DNA of 64,000 bases from contig JBNRSN020000002.1 in assembly GCA_051313645.2 (NCBI GenBank), positions 101,122,001 through 101,186,000 on the forward strand, given 5' to 3'. The DNA comes from Centroscyllium fabricii. Taxonomy: Eukaryota. A model generated the notes under the pieces. That model was not told where the DNA came from. It saw nothing but the letters and a program-made list of their open reading frames with translations, and ran no database searches. Within the stretch, counting starts at the first letter, position 1; each line of letters starts with the position of its first letter. Made by a program: the position numbers and the translations under genes. Shown piece after piece: positions 12,441-24,919 of the stretch.

Positions 12441-14310
12441 CCCATCGTACAGAGAACCCCCAGCTTCTGTCGCGACACTACAGACGTCTTACAGCAACTC
12501 AGCACCCACGGACCAGTTGAACCAGGAACACTCCTCGCCACAATGGACATCTCGGCACTCTGCACCAGCATCCCCCACGATGACGGCATTGCTGCGACAG
12601 CCTCAGTACTCAACACCAACAACAGCCAATCTCCAGACGCCATCCTACAACTCATCCTCTCCATCCTTGACCACAATGTCTTCACCTTCGACAACCAGTT
12701 CTTTACCCAAACACACGGAACAGCCATGGGGACCAAATTCGCACCCCAATACGCCAACATCTTCATGCATAAGTTTGAGCAAGACTTCTTCGCTGCACAG
12801 TATCTCCAACCAACGCTATACACCAGATACATCAACGACATTTTCCTCCTATGGACCCACGGCGAAGAATCACTGAAAAGACTACACGACAACATAAACA
12901 AGTCCCATCCCACCATCAAACTCACCATGGACTACTCCTCAGAATCGGTTTCATTATTGGACACACGAATCTCCATCAAAGTCGGACACCTCAGCACTTC
13001 ACTCTACCGCAAGCCCACGGACAACCTCATGATGCTCCACTTCTCCAGCTCCCACCCTAACCACGTTAAAGAAGCCATCCCCTATGGACAAGCCCTGCAA
13101 ATACACAGGATCTGCTCAGACGAGGAGGAACGCGATGGACACCTACAGACACTGAAAGATGCCCTCGTAAGAACGGGATATGATACTCGACTCGTCGATT
13201 GACAGTTCCGATGGGCCACAGCAAAAAATCGCACAGACCTCCTCAGAAGACGACCACGGGACACAACCAACAGAGTAGCCTTTGTCGTCCAGTACTTCCC
13301 CGGAGCGGAGAAACAACGCCATGTTCTTCGCAGCCTTCAACATGTCATCGATGACAATGAACATCTCGCTAAGGCCATCCCCGCACCTCCACAACTTGCC
13401 TTCAAACAGCCACCTAACCTCAAACAGACCATCGTTCGCAGCAAATTACCCAGCTTTCATGAGAACAGTAACCACGACACCACACAACCCTGCCACAGCA
13501 GCCTCTGCAAGATGTGTCAGATCATCAATACAGATACCATCATCACATGTGAGGACACCACACACCAGGTACATGGTACATACTCATGTGACTCGGCCAA
13601 CATTGTCTACCTCATAGGTTGCAGGAAAGGATGCCCCGGAGCATGGTACATCAGCAAGACCATGCAGACGCTGTGACAACGGATGAATGGACACCGCACA
13701 ACAATCACCAGGCAGGAGTGTTCCCTCCCAGTCGGGGAACACTTCAGCAGTCAAGAACATTCAGCCTCCGATCTTCGGGTAAGCATTCTCCAAGGCGGCC
13801 TTCAAGACACACGACAACGCAAAATCGTCGAGCAGAAACTGATAGCTCAGTTCCGCACTCATGAGGATGGCCTCAACCGGGATCTTGGCTGCATGTCATG
13901 CTACATGTAACCCCACCTGATGTAGAGTCATCCAGACTCCAGTCATCTTTGGCTTGTTCTCACTAAGACATTTTTTTAAATTGTTCTGTGTTGGTTTTTC
14001 ACACAGACCACAGCATGTGCAACATTTGACCCTTTGTGACTCCACCTCATTGTTCTTCGGGTGGTGTCTGCCTGACTGATCTGTTTGGACACCATTCACA
14101 CCTTTGATTGCTATAAATGTCTCTCTGCCGAGGTGTGATGAAGGGCAGTTGGAAAGATTTCCTGTAATCATCCAGCATTGTTCTCCGACTATATATGCTG
14201 TGTTTGTATGCATCTCTCTACTACACCTGATGAAGGAGCAATGCTCTGAAAGCTTGTGATTTCAAATAAAACTGTTGGACTATAACCTGGTGTTGTGTGA
14301 CTTCTGACAT
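12441..14310 (+). mobile_element. Penelope-like retroelement (probably Neptune-type), 5'-truncated: RT + Cys motif + GIY-YIG endonuclease + pLTR
   Basis: MDISALCTSIP, GTAMGTKFAPQYANIFM, YTRYINDIF, LYRKPTD; PCHSSLCKMC; NIVYLIGC...WYISKT; PVGEHF; GLNRD; a few stops; 11-bp TSD GGGTAATATAT (12430-12440, 14311-14321). Confidence 0.93.
14224..14258 (+). ncRNA. Minimal type I hammerhead ribozyme motif in the PLE pLTR (family A)
   Basis: CAC-CTGATGA-A-GGAGC(AAT)GCTCT-GAA-AGCT-T-GTG: catalytic core, stem II, palindromic stem III, 3-bp stem I. Confidence 0.8.
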
Positions 14311-14556
14311 GGGTAATATATTAGCATGGATTGAGGATTGGTTAACAGAGAGAAAACAGAGAGTAGGAATAAACGGGTCATTTTCAGGATGGCAGGGTGT
14401 TACTAGTGGTGTGCTTGGGCCTCAGCTATTTGCAATCAATGACTTGGATGAGGGGACCGAGTATTATGTATCCACGTTTGCTGATCATACAAAGCTAGGT
14501 GGGAAAGTAAGTTGTGAGGAGGATGCAAAGATGCTGCAAAAGGATATAGACAGATT

Positions 14557-15667
14557 GGACCGTAATTTGCGGCTCCGACGAGTGCGTACGAGGTGCGTAC
14601 TCGCCCGTAAGTGCCATGCAAGTTCTGGGTTTAGGTTTGTGCTGCGCATGCGCTAAAACGCACCTATATATTCCCATGGTGCATTGTGCCAGCTTCGCAT
14701 ATTGAGGCGCTTTATGTGCTAATCCCATTTCTCAAAGAGTTGAAGTCTGTACTCAAGTGTCAACTTGGCTTAGTTGCTAACACTCTCGCCTCTGAGTGAG
14801 AAGGTTCAAGCCCTACTCTTGAGTTTGAGAGCAGAATCTGGGCTGATTCTCCAATGCCGCACAAAGGGAGTGCTGCATTGTTGAAGGTGTCATCTTTCAG
14901 ATGAAATGTTAGACCAGTTCCAGTGAATGCAAAAGATCAGGACATATGGTGTCACAACTAATCTTACTTCCTCAATCAACTACAGCCAAAAAATCAAGAG
15001 TTTAAGTGGTTATTCATCTCATTGGCTATATGCTGGAAATTTCTGTGTACATATTGGCTGCCACATTTACCTTCATAACCAAAATGACTACACTTCAAAA
15101 GTAATTCATTGGTTGTGACATGGTTGTGGATGTTCTGAGGATTTGATTAGGTGCCATATCAGAGCAAGTACCTTCTAAAAGAACCTGGAAGTAATTTCAC
15201 GGTTAATGGGGGCGATTTTGCCAGCACTCAGGGGTCAGGTTTGGAGGCGGGACTGCTTTCAAAATCAAAAAGATTGGCAGCAGGTCCTGAGCCAACTTCC
15301 AACCTGCCCCCAATCAATCTTTCCAGGAGTTGGGTCCCCGATTTCCATAGTGACCCAACTCCTAGCGGCGGGAAGAGGATTATAGCCACTTAACTGCTGG
15401 TTAGCAGGTAGTTAGCAGGCAGTTAAGAGGCTTTTTCAAATTTTGACACTGCTACTGCGGAAAAAAGTCGGAAGTACACTGCGCACCTCCTGGTGCACAG
15501 GCCAACGCGCTTCAACTCCCGCCCCCACCCCCAGCCTTCTTTGGAATTGTAGGTATCCCACGCATGCGCGGGAAATGGCGTCTACCTGCAATTCCAAGGG
15601 CCGCACGCGTGAGTACCCGCTCCGTACTCATGCACTGCAGCCCCGGGGCCATCAGAAAAACTGGCCC
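14557..15667. mobile_element. Probable composite Harbinger-type MITE region with nested SINE/MITE pieces
   Basis: Left ATT|GGACCGTAATTT with hairpin GAGTGCGTAC..GTGCGTACTC; right GTGAGTAC..GTACTC subterminal motif and GGCCC|ATT resembling 51915-51964; TIR match weak. Confidence 0.4.
14758..15172 (+). mobile_element. tRNA-derived SINE, DeuSINE/SacSINE1-like
   Basis: tRNA-like head (tggcttagttgc...ggttcaagccc); gggagtgctgcattgttgaaggtgtcatctttcagatga body; acacttcaaaagtaattcattggttgtg block near the 3' end. Confidence 0.7.
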
Positions 15668-17334
15668 ATTAAGGAATAGTTTTAAATTACGTTCTAAAAC
15701 ACTGCCCTATTGCGTTGGTTCATGGCAGATTTTGCATTCAGTAATATGCAAATGAGTTTAGCGAAAACTTGAGAGGGAAAAAAACTCTCAAACTAGCGCA
15801 ATTTTGAGCGCAATTTGCGCCCGGATCACCGATTGCACCCAAAGCAGAAACTCTACCCACCAAATATATTTATTGCAATAACTGATTAGGGTAGAATACT
15901 CCTGTGTAAATGTTAACATTGTGTTATGTGAAGGTTGACTTTGATCTTTATCAAGTTTGAAAGCATATTGCAATGAGATTGCAGCAGCAGGTTTGGATGA
16001 TATCAATCATTTTTCTTAATTTCCCCGCTATAAAATGGTGTGGTATACTGTAGCAAAGCATTTCAAGTCACCAAATTCATATGACCCGAAAACTATACTT
16101 TCCTCAGACTTCCCTTCCGCTACAATCTACAGGCTCAACTCAAGACTGACACCACCACTATTCGCTAATTTATCCAGTCTTCTCTCCAGTTCTTTTCAAC
16201 CTTTATAATCACCTGCACGATGGCCTTGCTAGCTCATTTTGGTTTTTTGATAAAAAAACAAAGGACGTGAGTTTCTGCCTGTGATCCTCATCCAGTAAAT
16301 TACTAATCTCAGTTGATCCTTTCAAAGCTGGAAATAACTGAGTCACTCTGAGCCGTGGTCTCCTGTGGTTCACTTGTACAGTGTTGCTTGAGAACTGACT
16401 TCACCACATCACCTAAGAAATGACCTGTGGTGAGAGATAGAAAAGCATAGAAAATAGAGAGGGAGAGGTAAATTAAAAATAACGTTACATCAAAAAATGT
16501 TTTCAGATTATCATGCTGTACTAGTCTCTCTCCTGGAAGGGGACCAACAGGTAAATACATGGTCTGAGACTCCATAATAGCACTACTTAGAAGTGTTAAG
16601 TCCTCTCATGGAAATGGATCTGAAAAAAATGACAACGCAAAATAATATTAGAAAATTTACTGATGTTGTGGAGTAGCATAAGACAAAGCTGTGCTATGAC
16701 TCCATCAAATCTATGTTTTCTTCTGAACAATTATTTTTAAAGAATGTACCAATAACTCTAAATATTTATGTTGTATGAACTTGATGGAAAATTGCATAAT
16801 CTGCTTTTTTATTCCACTCATGAGATAGCCCTGCATAGCTTACTCTCAATTTTGTTGCTCATTGAGTTATTAGGCCTGCCTTGCTCATGTAATAAAAAGT
16901 GCATTAACCCCTTTCCCATCAAGTATCCTCCATTAATCTACCAATGCAAGGAAGTCTGCAGGAGTTTCGCTGCTGCAGAACGCAGTCTATAATTCTGATA
17001 GATAAGAAGTCAGGAGAATGACATTCTTCCTAAGTGACAATTTAAAGGGGGCTGACATTGTTTAATCGAAAATATGCATAGTATGCACATTTGGCCAGAA
17101 TCCGTTTGTTATATAGACACTCAATTACATTGCTTGAGCCTAAACCCTGAGAGACAAACAAAAATTGCTTCCCAGAGTGCTGATGTTTATCTCAACAGAA
17201 TGAGAGTTAAGACATTTGATTTCACTGAAGAGAATACTGAAGAAGTACAGTGTACTCCTAGTAAAGGCTGATATTTCAGTCCCTTGTGGTTCTTTATGGC
17301 ACAGGTGTGTCTCAGTGTCATTCTTTTTTTTATC

Positions 17335-18250
17335 CATTGATGGGATGTGGGCGTCGCTGGCTGGCTAGGCCTGCATTTAGTGCCCATCCCTAATTGCCCT
17401 TGAGAAGATGGTGGTGAGCCACCTTCTTGAACCGCTGCAGTCCATATGGTGTAGGTACACCCACAATGTTGTTAGGAAGGGAGTTCCAGGATTTTGGCCC
17501 AGCGACACTGAAGGAGCGGCGATACAGGTCCAAGTCAGGATGGTGTGTGGCTTGGAGGGGAACTTGTAGGTGGTGCTGTTCCCATGTGTCTGCTGCCCTT
17601 GTCCTTCTAAGTGGTAGAGGTCGCGGGTTTGGAAGGTGCTGTTGAAGGAGCTTTGGCGAGTTGTTGCAGTGCCTCTTGTAGATGGTACACACTGCAGCCA
17701 CAGTGCACCGGTGGTGGAGGGAGTGAATGTTGAAGGTGGTGGGTGGAATGCCAATCAAGCGGCCTGCTTTATCCTGAATGGTGTCGAGCTTCTTGAGTGT
17801 TGTTGGAGCTGCACTCATCCAGGCAAGTGGAGAGTATTCCATCACACTCCTGACTTGTGCCTTGTAGATGGTGGAAAGGCTTTGGGGAGTCAGGAGGTGA
17901 GACACTCGCCGCAGAATTCCCAGCCTCTGGCCTGCTCTTGTAGCCACAGTGTTTATATGGCTGGTCCAGTTCAGTTTCCGATCAATGGTAACCCCCAGGA
18001 TGTTGATAGTGGGGGATTCAGCGATGATAATGCCATTGAATGTCAAGGGGAGATGGTTAGAGTCTCGCTTGTTGGAGATGATCATTGCCTGGCAGTTGTG
18101 TGGCGCGAATCTTACTTGCCACTTGTCAGCCCAAGTCTGAATGTTGTCCAGGTCTTGCTGCATATGGACACGGACTGTGTCAGTATCTGACAAGTCTCGA
18201 ATAGTGCTGAACAGTGTGCAATCATCAGCGAACATCCTCACTTCTGGTAT
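17335..18250 (-). mobile_element. CR1-group LINE (distinct from the main CR1 family), 5'-truncated, 283-aa open frame
   Basis: ORF 17390-18241: MFADDCTLF, ILGVTIDRKLNW, IYKAQVRSVMEY, WNSLP; A-rich 3' end. Confidence 0.9.
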
Positions 18251-20330
18251 GTATGTGCTCTAAACTGGGTAAGCTATATATCCCAGGTTAAGAATAGGAG
18301 CTGATTCCTGAGAGCTAACAAACTGCATGAATCTGGAGAAGCTGGTATTCATTTATCTAGCATCTTGGATACCTTTGGCACGATCAATGTATAAATCATG
18401 CACAGCTTCTACATACATGGTGTATTCGGCATGTGAGCTAACATAAAGCTACCATATCCCTCCCCTCCAGTCTCCAAATTCTAGCTCACCAGAGCAACCT
18501 CTCTTGCCTTTCTCTTTTATTTATACCACTGTCGTTATTGATTCTCTGGACTTTCCTCTCTTGGCCCTGCTAAGATCCAAACATACTTTTCCTCTTCACT
18601 GCACCCTCACTTGTTTAATCAAGACTCATTGAACCATTTCCTACTGTTTCCCAGGACATCAAAACAGTGAAACTTTATACCACCCTCAAAATTCCTTTTC
18701 TCTTGCAATCTACGACCTATGAAAACCTAAGCTTGGCATCCCTTAATCGTTATTTATTATTTCCCTTGTCTTGTCTCCTGCATTTTTCAACCTTCTTTGT
18801 GCTCTACACTATAGGCTTTGGTCTTCCAACTAAATTTCTCAATAAAAAGAAAATATGATAACCATCCGATATACACATATATGTGCCAATGCCACTTTCA
18901 TGATTTCATAGACCATAATGTGCAGGCTACCTAAAAGCAAATCTGATAAGAGCACGTTGCACTTAGTGCAAGTTTGATCCATATACATTACAACCCCAGC
19001 TTTCATCGTACATTGCTTCTACTCTGCAGATTTTGTGCTTCTCATTGGCAGAGTGACAGATGCAATGCCAGACTTTGTCCCGCATTAGTTGCTCTACCCT
19101 GGGCGCTTGTGTCTCTCATTGGAAGCGTGCCAAATTGGATGGAAGGTTTGTCCTAGGTTAAGAAGCTTATGTAGAAAGCATGAAACAAGAAAAGGCCATC
19201 ATGTCTGCTCCTTCCTCGACCTGTACTATTCTGCCCCGTCGTGAACTCTGCCCTATTCATTTAATCTCCCAAAGGAGATTTCTGCATAAACATTCTCTGA
19301 TCCCCAAAGTTAATCAAGTAAAAACTGCAGAATACTTATCCATCTCTGGCATGCTGCCCTCCACCCCAGTAGCACACGAACCACTGTATCCTGCAGAGGC
19401 TGGTTATTTCTATACAGTGCACTTGTCCCCTTTGCTGGAAAAGTGCCCAATATAATTCAAGTTTTCACCTCTCCTTGCATTAGTTATCTCTGCACGCATG
19501 TCCCTCAGGCAAACACTAAATGCAACACCAAGGTTTTGTCTTATATTAGCTGCCTCTATATAACCTGCTTGCACGTTCAATCACTAGTGAAACACTGGGG
19601 TTCTTTCTGCATCAGCTATTAATGCGTTGTCTCCTCAGGATCTTTTAAATCAGCAGCTAACTAGGTTCAGCAAATCTAAATTACAAATGCAAACCTTAAT
19701 GTAAACTGTTTGCACAATATATAGATCGGCACTGGCCAACTGAATCTTCAGAGTTATTTTACCATCTCTCTGCTAAGGTCTGTGGGACTGCTTAAAGCAG
19801 TCATATGTATAAATAGCTTGGGGCCAGCCACTTACAACCCACCTCCCCATCACCTGTGACTCTTTCCACACTTGCTACTCCAAGTGCCTTTAGGCTTCAC
19901 TCACAGCGCCATGTCTGTGGCATGTTGTCAGAGTTATGATTCAGTGTTAACACTGCATCTCACGGTCTCCAGTTGGAGGAAGCAAGAAAATTAGAATTGC
20001 TACTTGGCTTTTTTTTTCAAGCTATAAATGCCATTCACCAATTAAAAGTTTGAACTAGCATTACAGTGGCAGTTTCTTTAATACGATGAACATTTTATCG
20101 AGATTGGCATTTGGTTCTGAAAGGTTCTTTTATTAGTCCGGTTCACAACAGGTTTAGTCAGTGTTTCACCAATCAGACTCGAGAAAATCCCATAAGCACC
20201 ACATGCACAAGGTGGCTCCATCCTTCTTTTATTTGTGAATAAAATGAAGCACCACAAATCACACTATTCCTGAATCTCCAGTCTGCAGAGGGAACAATCG
20301 CAGCTGTAGATGCAGAATTATAGAGTCATA

Positions 20331-21164
20331 GGCCGAAAAATTCGTCAGCGCACAAAATGGGCGCTAAATTTGACGCTATGCAAAAATTTACCGCCGGCGC
20401 TAAATTAGCGCCGATGCACCCGATATTGGCGCTAGTGGTGGCCTTGATGATTTTGGCGCAAATTCCCGCCTTGCGCGAGAGTCAGGCGGCTAATATCCCG
20501 GCGCTAATGGCTGTTCCCGGGCGCAGCGCTCTCTGACTAACTGCTTGCTTCCCCTTCGCCTCTGCAGCCGATGAGGCATTAAAGGGGGAGCAGCAGCTGT
20601 TCTCCGTGCTGTCTGAGCAGTTGCGTCTCAGAGAGAGCGGAGAGAGGGGCCGGCTCTGTGATCAGTGGCGTCTTGCAGAGAGGGGGGAGGGCAGCTCTCT
20701 GATCATTTGCGTCTTGGTGGGTCACCGCGACCCCCTCCCGCGGCCACTCTCTGCAAGACGCCAGTGATCACAGAGCCGGCCCGCTCTCTGCAAGACGCCA
20801 TCAATTGGCCGCTGAGGCCGACTCCCACCATCAGCTGGCCGCGCTCGGGCTGAAGAGGGAGGGTGGCCCTTTTACCAGCGCTGCAGCGGCCACTCAAAGC
20901 CGCTGCAGCGCTTGCAAAAGCTGTCGCTAATAGCGCGGGTGGCGCTGCGAAGGCGCTAAGGCCAATATCGGGCGCAGGCCATTGCATATGCATTGCCATG
21001 ACGATTGTTGATCGTTAGGCGGTGCAGCGCTAGCGTTTAGCACCGGCGCTAACCACCATGCCAATTTAGCGCCCGCCGCTAATTGGGGCACTACGTTGGC
21101 GCTGCCCTATTAGTGCCGATTTTCGGCGCTAATGGGCTGGTGCTAAGGGGCCAATTTCATGCCC
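20331..21164. mobile_element. GC/CpG-rich Harbinger-type MITE inserted in a CR1 tail
   Basis: Ends GGCCGAAAAATT / AATTTCATGCCC; ATA on both sides; many TAGCGC/GCGCTA subterminal motifs. Confidence 0.75.
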
Positions 21165-21441
21165 ATAGAGTCATAGATTTATACAGCACGGAAAGAGGCC
21201 CTTCGGCCCATCGTGTCCACGCCAGCCATCAAACCTTTTCTATTCTAATCCCATTTTCCAGCACTTGGTCCGTAGCCTTGTATGCTATGGCATCTCAAGT
21301 GCTCATCCAAATGCCTCTTAAATGTTGTGAGGGTTCCTGCCTCTACCACCCTTACAGGCAGCGAGTTCCAGACTCCAACCACCCTCTGGGTGAAAAAGTT
21401 CCTCCTCAAATCCCCCCTAAACCTCCCGCCCCTTACCTTGA
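21165..21441 (-). mobile_element. CR1 3' fragment
   Basis: (ATAGAGTC)n tail (also on the left of the MITE at 20320-20330); accaccctctgggtgaaaaag motif. Confidence 0.85.
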
Positions 21442-21579
21442 AACTATTAGATTCAGCCTGTCCCTACATTATCCTGTTATTCTGTGCTACGGTGCTGGCA
21501 ACAGCTTGATTCCTGATGGGAATAGTGGCAACTGGTTAGCAGGGAAAGAAGCAGTAGCAGCTCCATTCTATCACTCAGT

Positions 21580-21763
21580 GGGGTTAATCTTAACTCTTGG
21601 TGATAGTGTAAAACAGGCGCTATCGGATTGTCGACCATTATACACCCCAGCCTCTTTTCCCTTCCATTGAAGTCAACAGAAAGGAAAATTGAACGAGGTG
21701 TATAATGGGCGGCCAATCGATGTCATCTGTTTTACATTATCACCAAGAGTTAAAAGTGGCCCC
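21580..21763. mobile_element. Fold-back MITE
   Basis: Long imperfect inverted arms (ttaactcttggtgatagtgtaaaacag / ctgttttacattatcaccaagagttaa); GGGG...CCCC ends; AGT on both sides. Confidence 0.8.
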
Positions 21764-22018
21764 AGTGACACATCTTTTTATTCACCGCTCTGGGATCTAT
21801 CTTCCTGCATGCATCAACTGTAGAAAGATGCAGATTTACCATCTGTTTTAAGTACCATTTTATTTTTAAAAGCCTCTACTTATTAATTTGTACTCCATGT
21901 TTTTTCCTTCCTTTTGTCACTGCTTTTTTCAACCCTGCCGTCTTGTGCTCAGAACACCAGTGCTGAGGTATGTGGCCATTGCAATGAGGTTCCTGAAGTG
22001 AATGTTGCTAAATTCTAT

Positions 22019-22850
22019 GGGCTGGAATTTTATCAATGTAGACGGGACTCCCACTTTTGGGGTTGTAGCCCCACCTCCATTGAGTTGTGGCCAACCCACT
22101 CGATTTTCCCCTGATTTACCTTGTTGAGCCTGCCCACTGAGCTCAGCAGGCCAATTAAGGGCCACCCAGCAACAGGTGATGTCACAGATTGACATTTCAT
22201 CTGTCAAGAGCTTTTGACAGATGAAATATCAGCATTTGACAGCTCGTTGATGCTGTCAAGCACTGACAATCTGTACTGTAAGTTAATTCCTTCCTCTCAG
22301 GCTGATTTAGCGATCTCTCCAGAACAGAAAGCAGAGGCTGCAGATTTTGACAGTTCGCGGCCATTCTGCTTTCTGTGCCGGTGAGATGAGGGACTCCCGA
22401 GACCTGAAGGAAGGAAGGCTGCATTATTAACTAAAGGTAAGTAAAAGTTATTTAAACACTTTATACGCACCAAACACACATACCTCTGCACTCATGCACC
22501 CATTACTCACCTGAACACCGGACATCTCAAACCCTCCAAGCCCTTCAGCCCAACGGCCTGCCTCGCTTACTTGCCCTGGTTTGGAGCCATCAGGAAGCCC
22601 ACACTTCAGGAATAAAAATAGGGATTAAGCTAAAAACTGCCTGTTAACTACCTGTTAACAGGCAGTTAATTGGCATTAATCCCTTCCCACCTCAGGGAGG
22701 TGGCTCCCAGCACGGGTCGGGTACCAGCCTCCGGTGAAACGGGCATGGAGTCGGGTTGGGGGTGGGATGGGTTCGTGCCCCCTGATTTCACGATTTTAAC
22801 CCCCCACACGCCTCCAATCCCGCCTCAATGGCCCAATGAAATTCGAGCCC
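22019..22850. mobile_element. Harbinger-type MITE
   Basis: Ends GGGCTGGAATTT / AAATTCGAGCCC; flanks TAT/GAT (one mismatch); central TGACAG hairpins. Confidence 0.6.
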
Positions 22851-24022
22851 GATGGCTTGGAGAGATTTGCAATTGGGCTAAAGTGTGTGAGGCGTTGGCT
22901 GCATACACAAGGTGGTGGACATTTCCCTCCTCAACACCACTCTCTTTTTGGGCCATTTTTTCTAGTGCAAAAGGTAGAAACTTCCAAGAGAGTCTGTTAG
23001 GAGTTGAGGTTATCCCAAAATTCATAAATCTAGCGAAAGGGCTCTATTAACCTAGAGCATTTATAGTTTGAATTACAACCTCATCATTTCCAGTTTTTAT
23101 TTCCTTGTTTCTATGGGAAAATAACTCACCGCCACCCAGCAACTGCCCATAGTGATATGACTGAAATACAGAGCTTGTTATTTGAGGAATTGTGGGGGCA
23201 TCACTGTGCCGATCACTCAATGATGCAGCACATTGGAGCACTCTGTGAGTGGCCCTCGAGCAAAATGCTGCTTGGAAACTTGGCCCTTGATAAAAAGTTA
23301 GTAACATTGGTTTGAAGTCATCCTAGCTCTTATCCTTCAGCACAACAAACTTGTCTGTCAGCATAAAGAACTCCTGTCTCTCTCCTTTTCTTGAAAGGTT
23401 CATTAATATTCATTAACCACAGGGGTGTTTCTAACAAAGGAACTAATCTGCATCACCGTGTTTTACACTGAGCTGCACGCTTCTTATTCCCAACCCCCCT
23501 GACATGATTGACATGCATATATCAGCTAATTACACTTCAAAGCCCTTAAGTATCTAAGCCATTGAGCCAGGACCTAGGACTCTTTATGACACAGAATCAT
23601 ATTGCATTAAATTCCACAAGGTCATGACGACTTAACCCTTTTGTCTCCAGCTTCACTGTCTGTACGTATTAACAGCTATAATCTAACTCCCAGAGCCCAA
23701 GTACCATAACTTATGATCCAGATATATGGGATGGTGCATGTTGTTGGCTCTTCAATATATAAGGGCAAGTCTTATGAGCCTTTACTCCTGGCAGGGAGCT
23801 TTACCCACCAGGAATGCATATCAAGAAATCACTTTCTCCATCGTTTTCTGTTCACTAACGGACAAACATTTGTAGGGAGCATGTCTATGATTTCCAAACA
23901 TACACCCCTGGCAGATGGATTGATGACAAGGTGCAGCATACCTGAGATTTTCCAATGTACACTCCTGCTGGGCAAGGCTTCCTGCCGGGAGCACACGTTT
24001 GTCTCTGTATTACTACAAAGTA

Positions 24023-24177
24023 TGATGTGGAGGTGCCGGTGTTGGACTGGGGTGGACAATTGCAAGAAGTCACACAACACCAGATTATAGTCCAACAGTT
24101 TTATTTTAAATCACAAGCTTGTGATTTAAAATAAAACTGTTGGACTATAATCTGGTGTTGTGTGACTTCTTGCAATT
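24023..24177 (-). mobile_element. PLE pLTR-derived fold-back mini-element (family A) containing a perfect 120-bp palindrome
   Basis: Palindrome 24058-24177 centred on AAGCTT; arms match PLE 14250-14305; direct repeat ATTACTACAAAGTA at 24009-24022 and 24175-24188. Confidence 0.88.
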
Positions 24178-24604
24178 ACTACAAAGTACTGAGACACATA
24201 TTTGTCCCAATACTCAACTCCACTGAATTCCCAGTCTCTGCCATGCAACTGCAGGAAAGTACTCAGCAGGAGCCAGGTACTGCCTTCTTCTTCTTCTTCT
24301 CTTCTCATACAGAGAGGAAAGGACAATCGAGAATGCTCCCTGGCCTCCTGGCGGCTATCTCAAACAAGCATCGTCAGAGTCCTAGGAGTAGATTATGATC
24401 CTTCCCTCTCATCCACAAGTCAAATTGTATTAATCATATTGCATTAAATTCCACAAGGAGAAAAAAAAATGGGGTGGGGAAGAAATTTAAGAATATAAAT
24501 TCTTATATAATAAAAACAAACATTGTAAATATCCATCCTGCTTCTAAAATGTCCTTCCATTTTTAAATTGGATATTGTTTTTTTCAGTGCATTGCATATA
24601 AGTG

Positions 24605-24775
24605 CAGAGATAGAAACAGAGTTAACATTTCAGTTCATTGGCCTTACATCAGAATTCAGGTTATCAACCTGAAATATTAACTCTGTTTCTCTCTCCACAG
24701 ATGCTGCCTGAGTACTTTCCAGGATTTTCTGTTTTTATTGCAGATTTCCAGCATCCACAATATTTTGCTTTGGTT
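24605..24775. mobile_element. Degenerate fold-back mini-element, hammerhead family B
   Basis: agaaacagagttaacatttcag ... ctgaaatattaactctgtttct inverted arms; decayed core. Confidence 0.7.
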
Positions 24776-24919
24776 TTGGTGGAGATAATTGGTTGGCTTC
24801 GAAATTCACCTGGTGTGGTTTTTTAAAATTGAAATAACCTTAAATGAAGAAAGCACTCTCTCTCTCTCTGACTCCAGTTTCTCTCTCCCCTCTCAGTGCA
24901 ATATACTTTTAAAAGTAGC

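Larger units (their letters stand above)
11900..14556 (+). mobile_element. CR1 LINE RT fragment interrupted by a Penelope-like element
   Basis: KSPGPDGLYPRVLK...NYRPVSLTS; CR1 sequence stops at 12440 and resumes at 14311 ([11 protein letters not shown]). Confidence 0.92.

Noticed and set aside
12401-12928. Antisense ORFs over PLE, Rex and CR1 coding regions (also 17636-18190, 55048-55452, 57585-58121)
   Set aside because: Shadow frames of retroelement ORFs
13912-14160. Additional hammerheads (CACCTGATGT at ~13914; GTGATGAAGG...GAAAG at ~14134)
   Set aside because: Core incomplete or no convincing stem II and stem I
16507-16550. 44-nt plus-strand micro-exon (TTTCAG...CAG|GTAAAT)
   Set aside because: Splice signals moderate, peptide unrecognised, no partner exons
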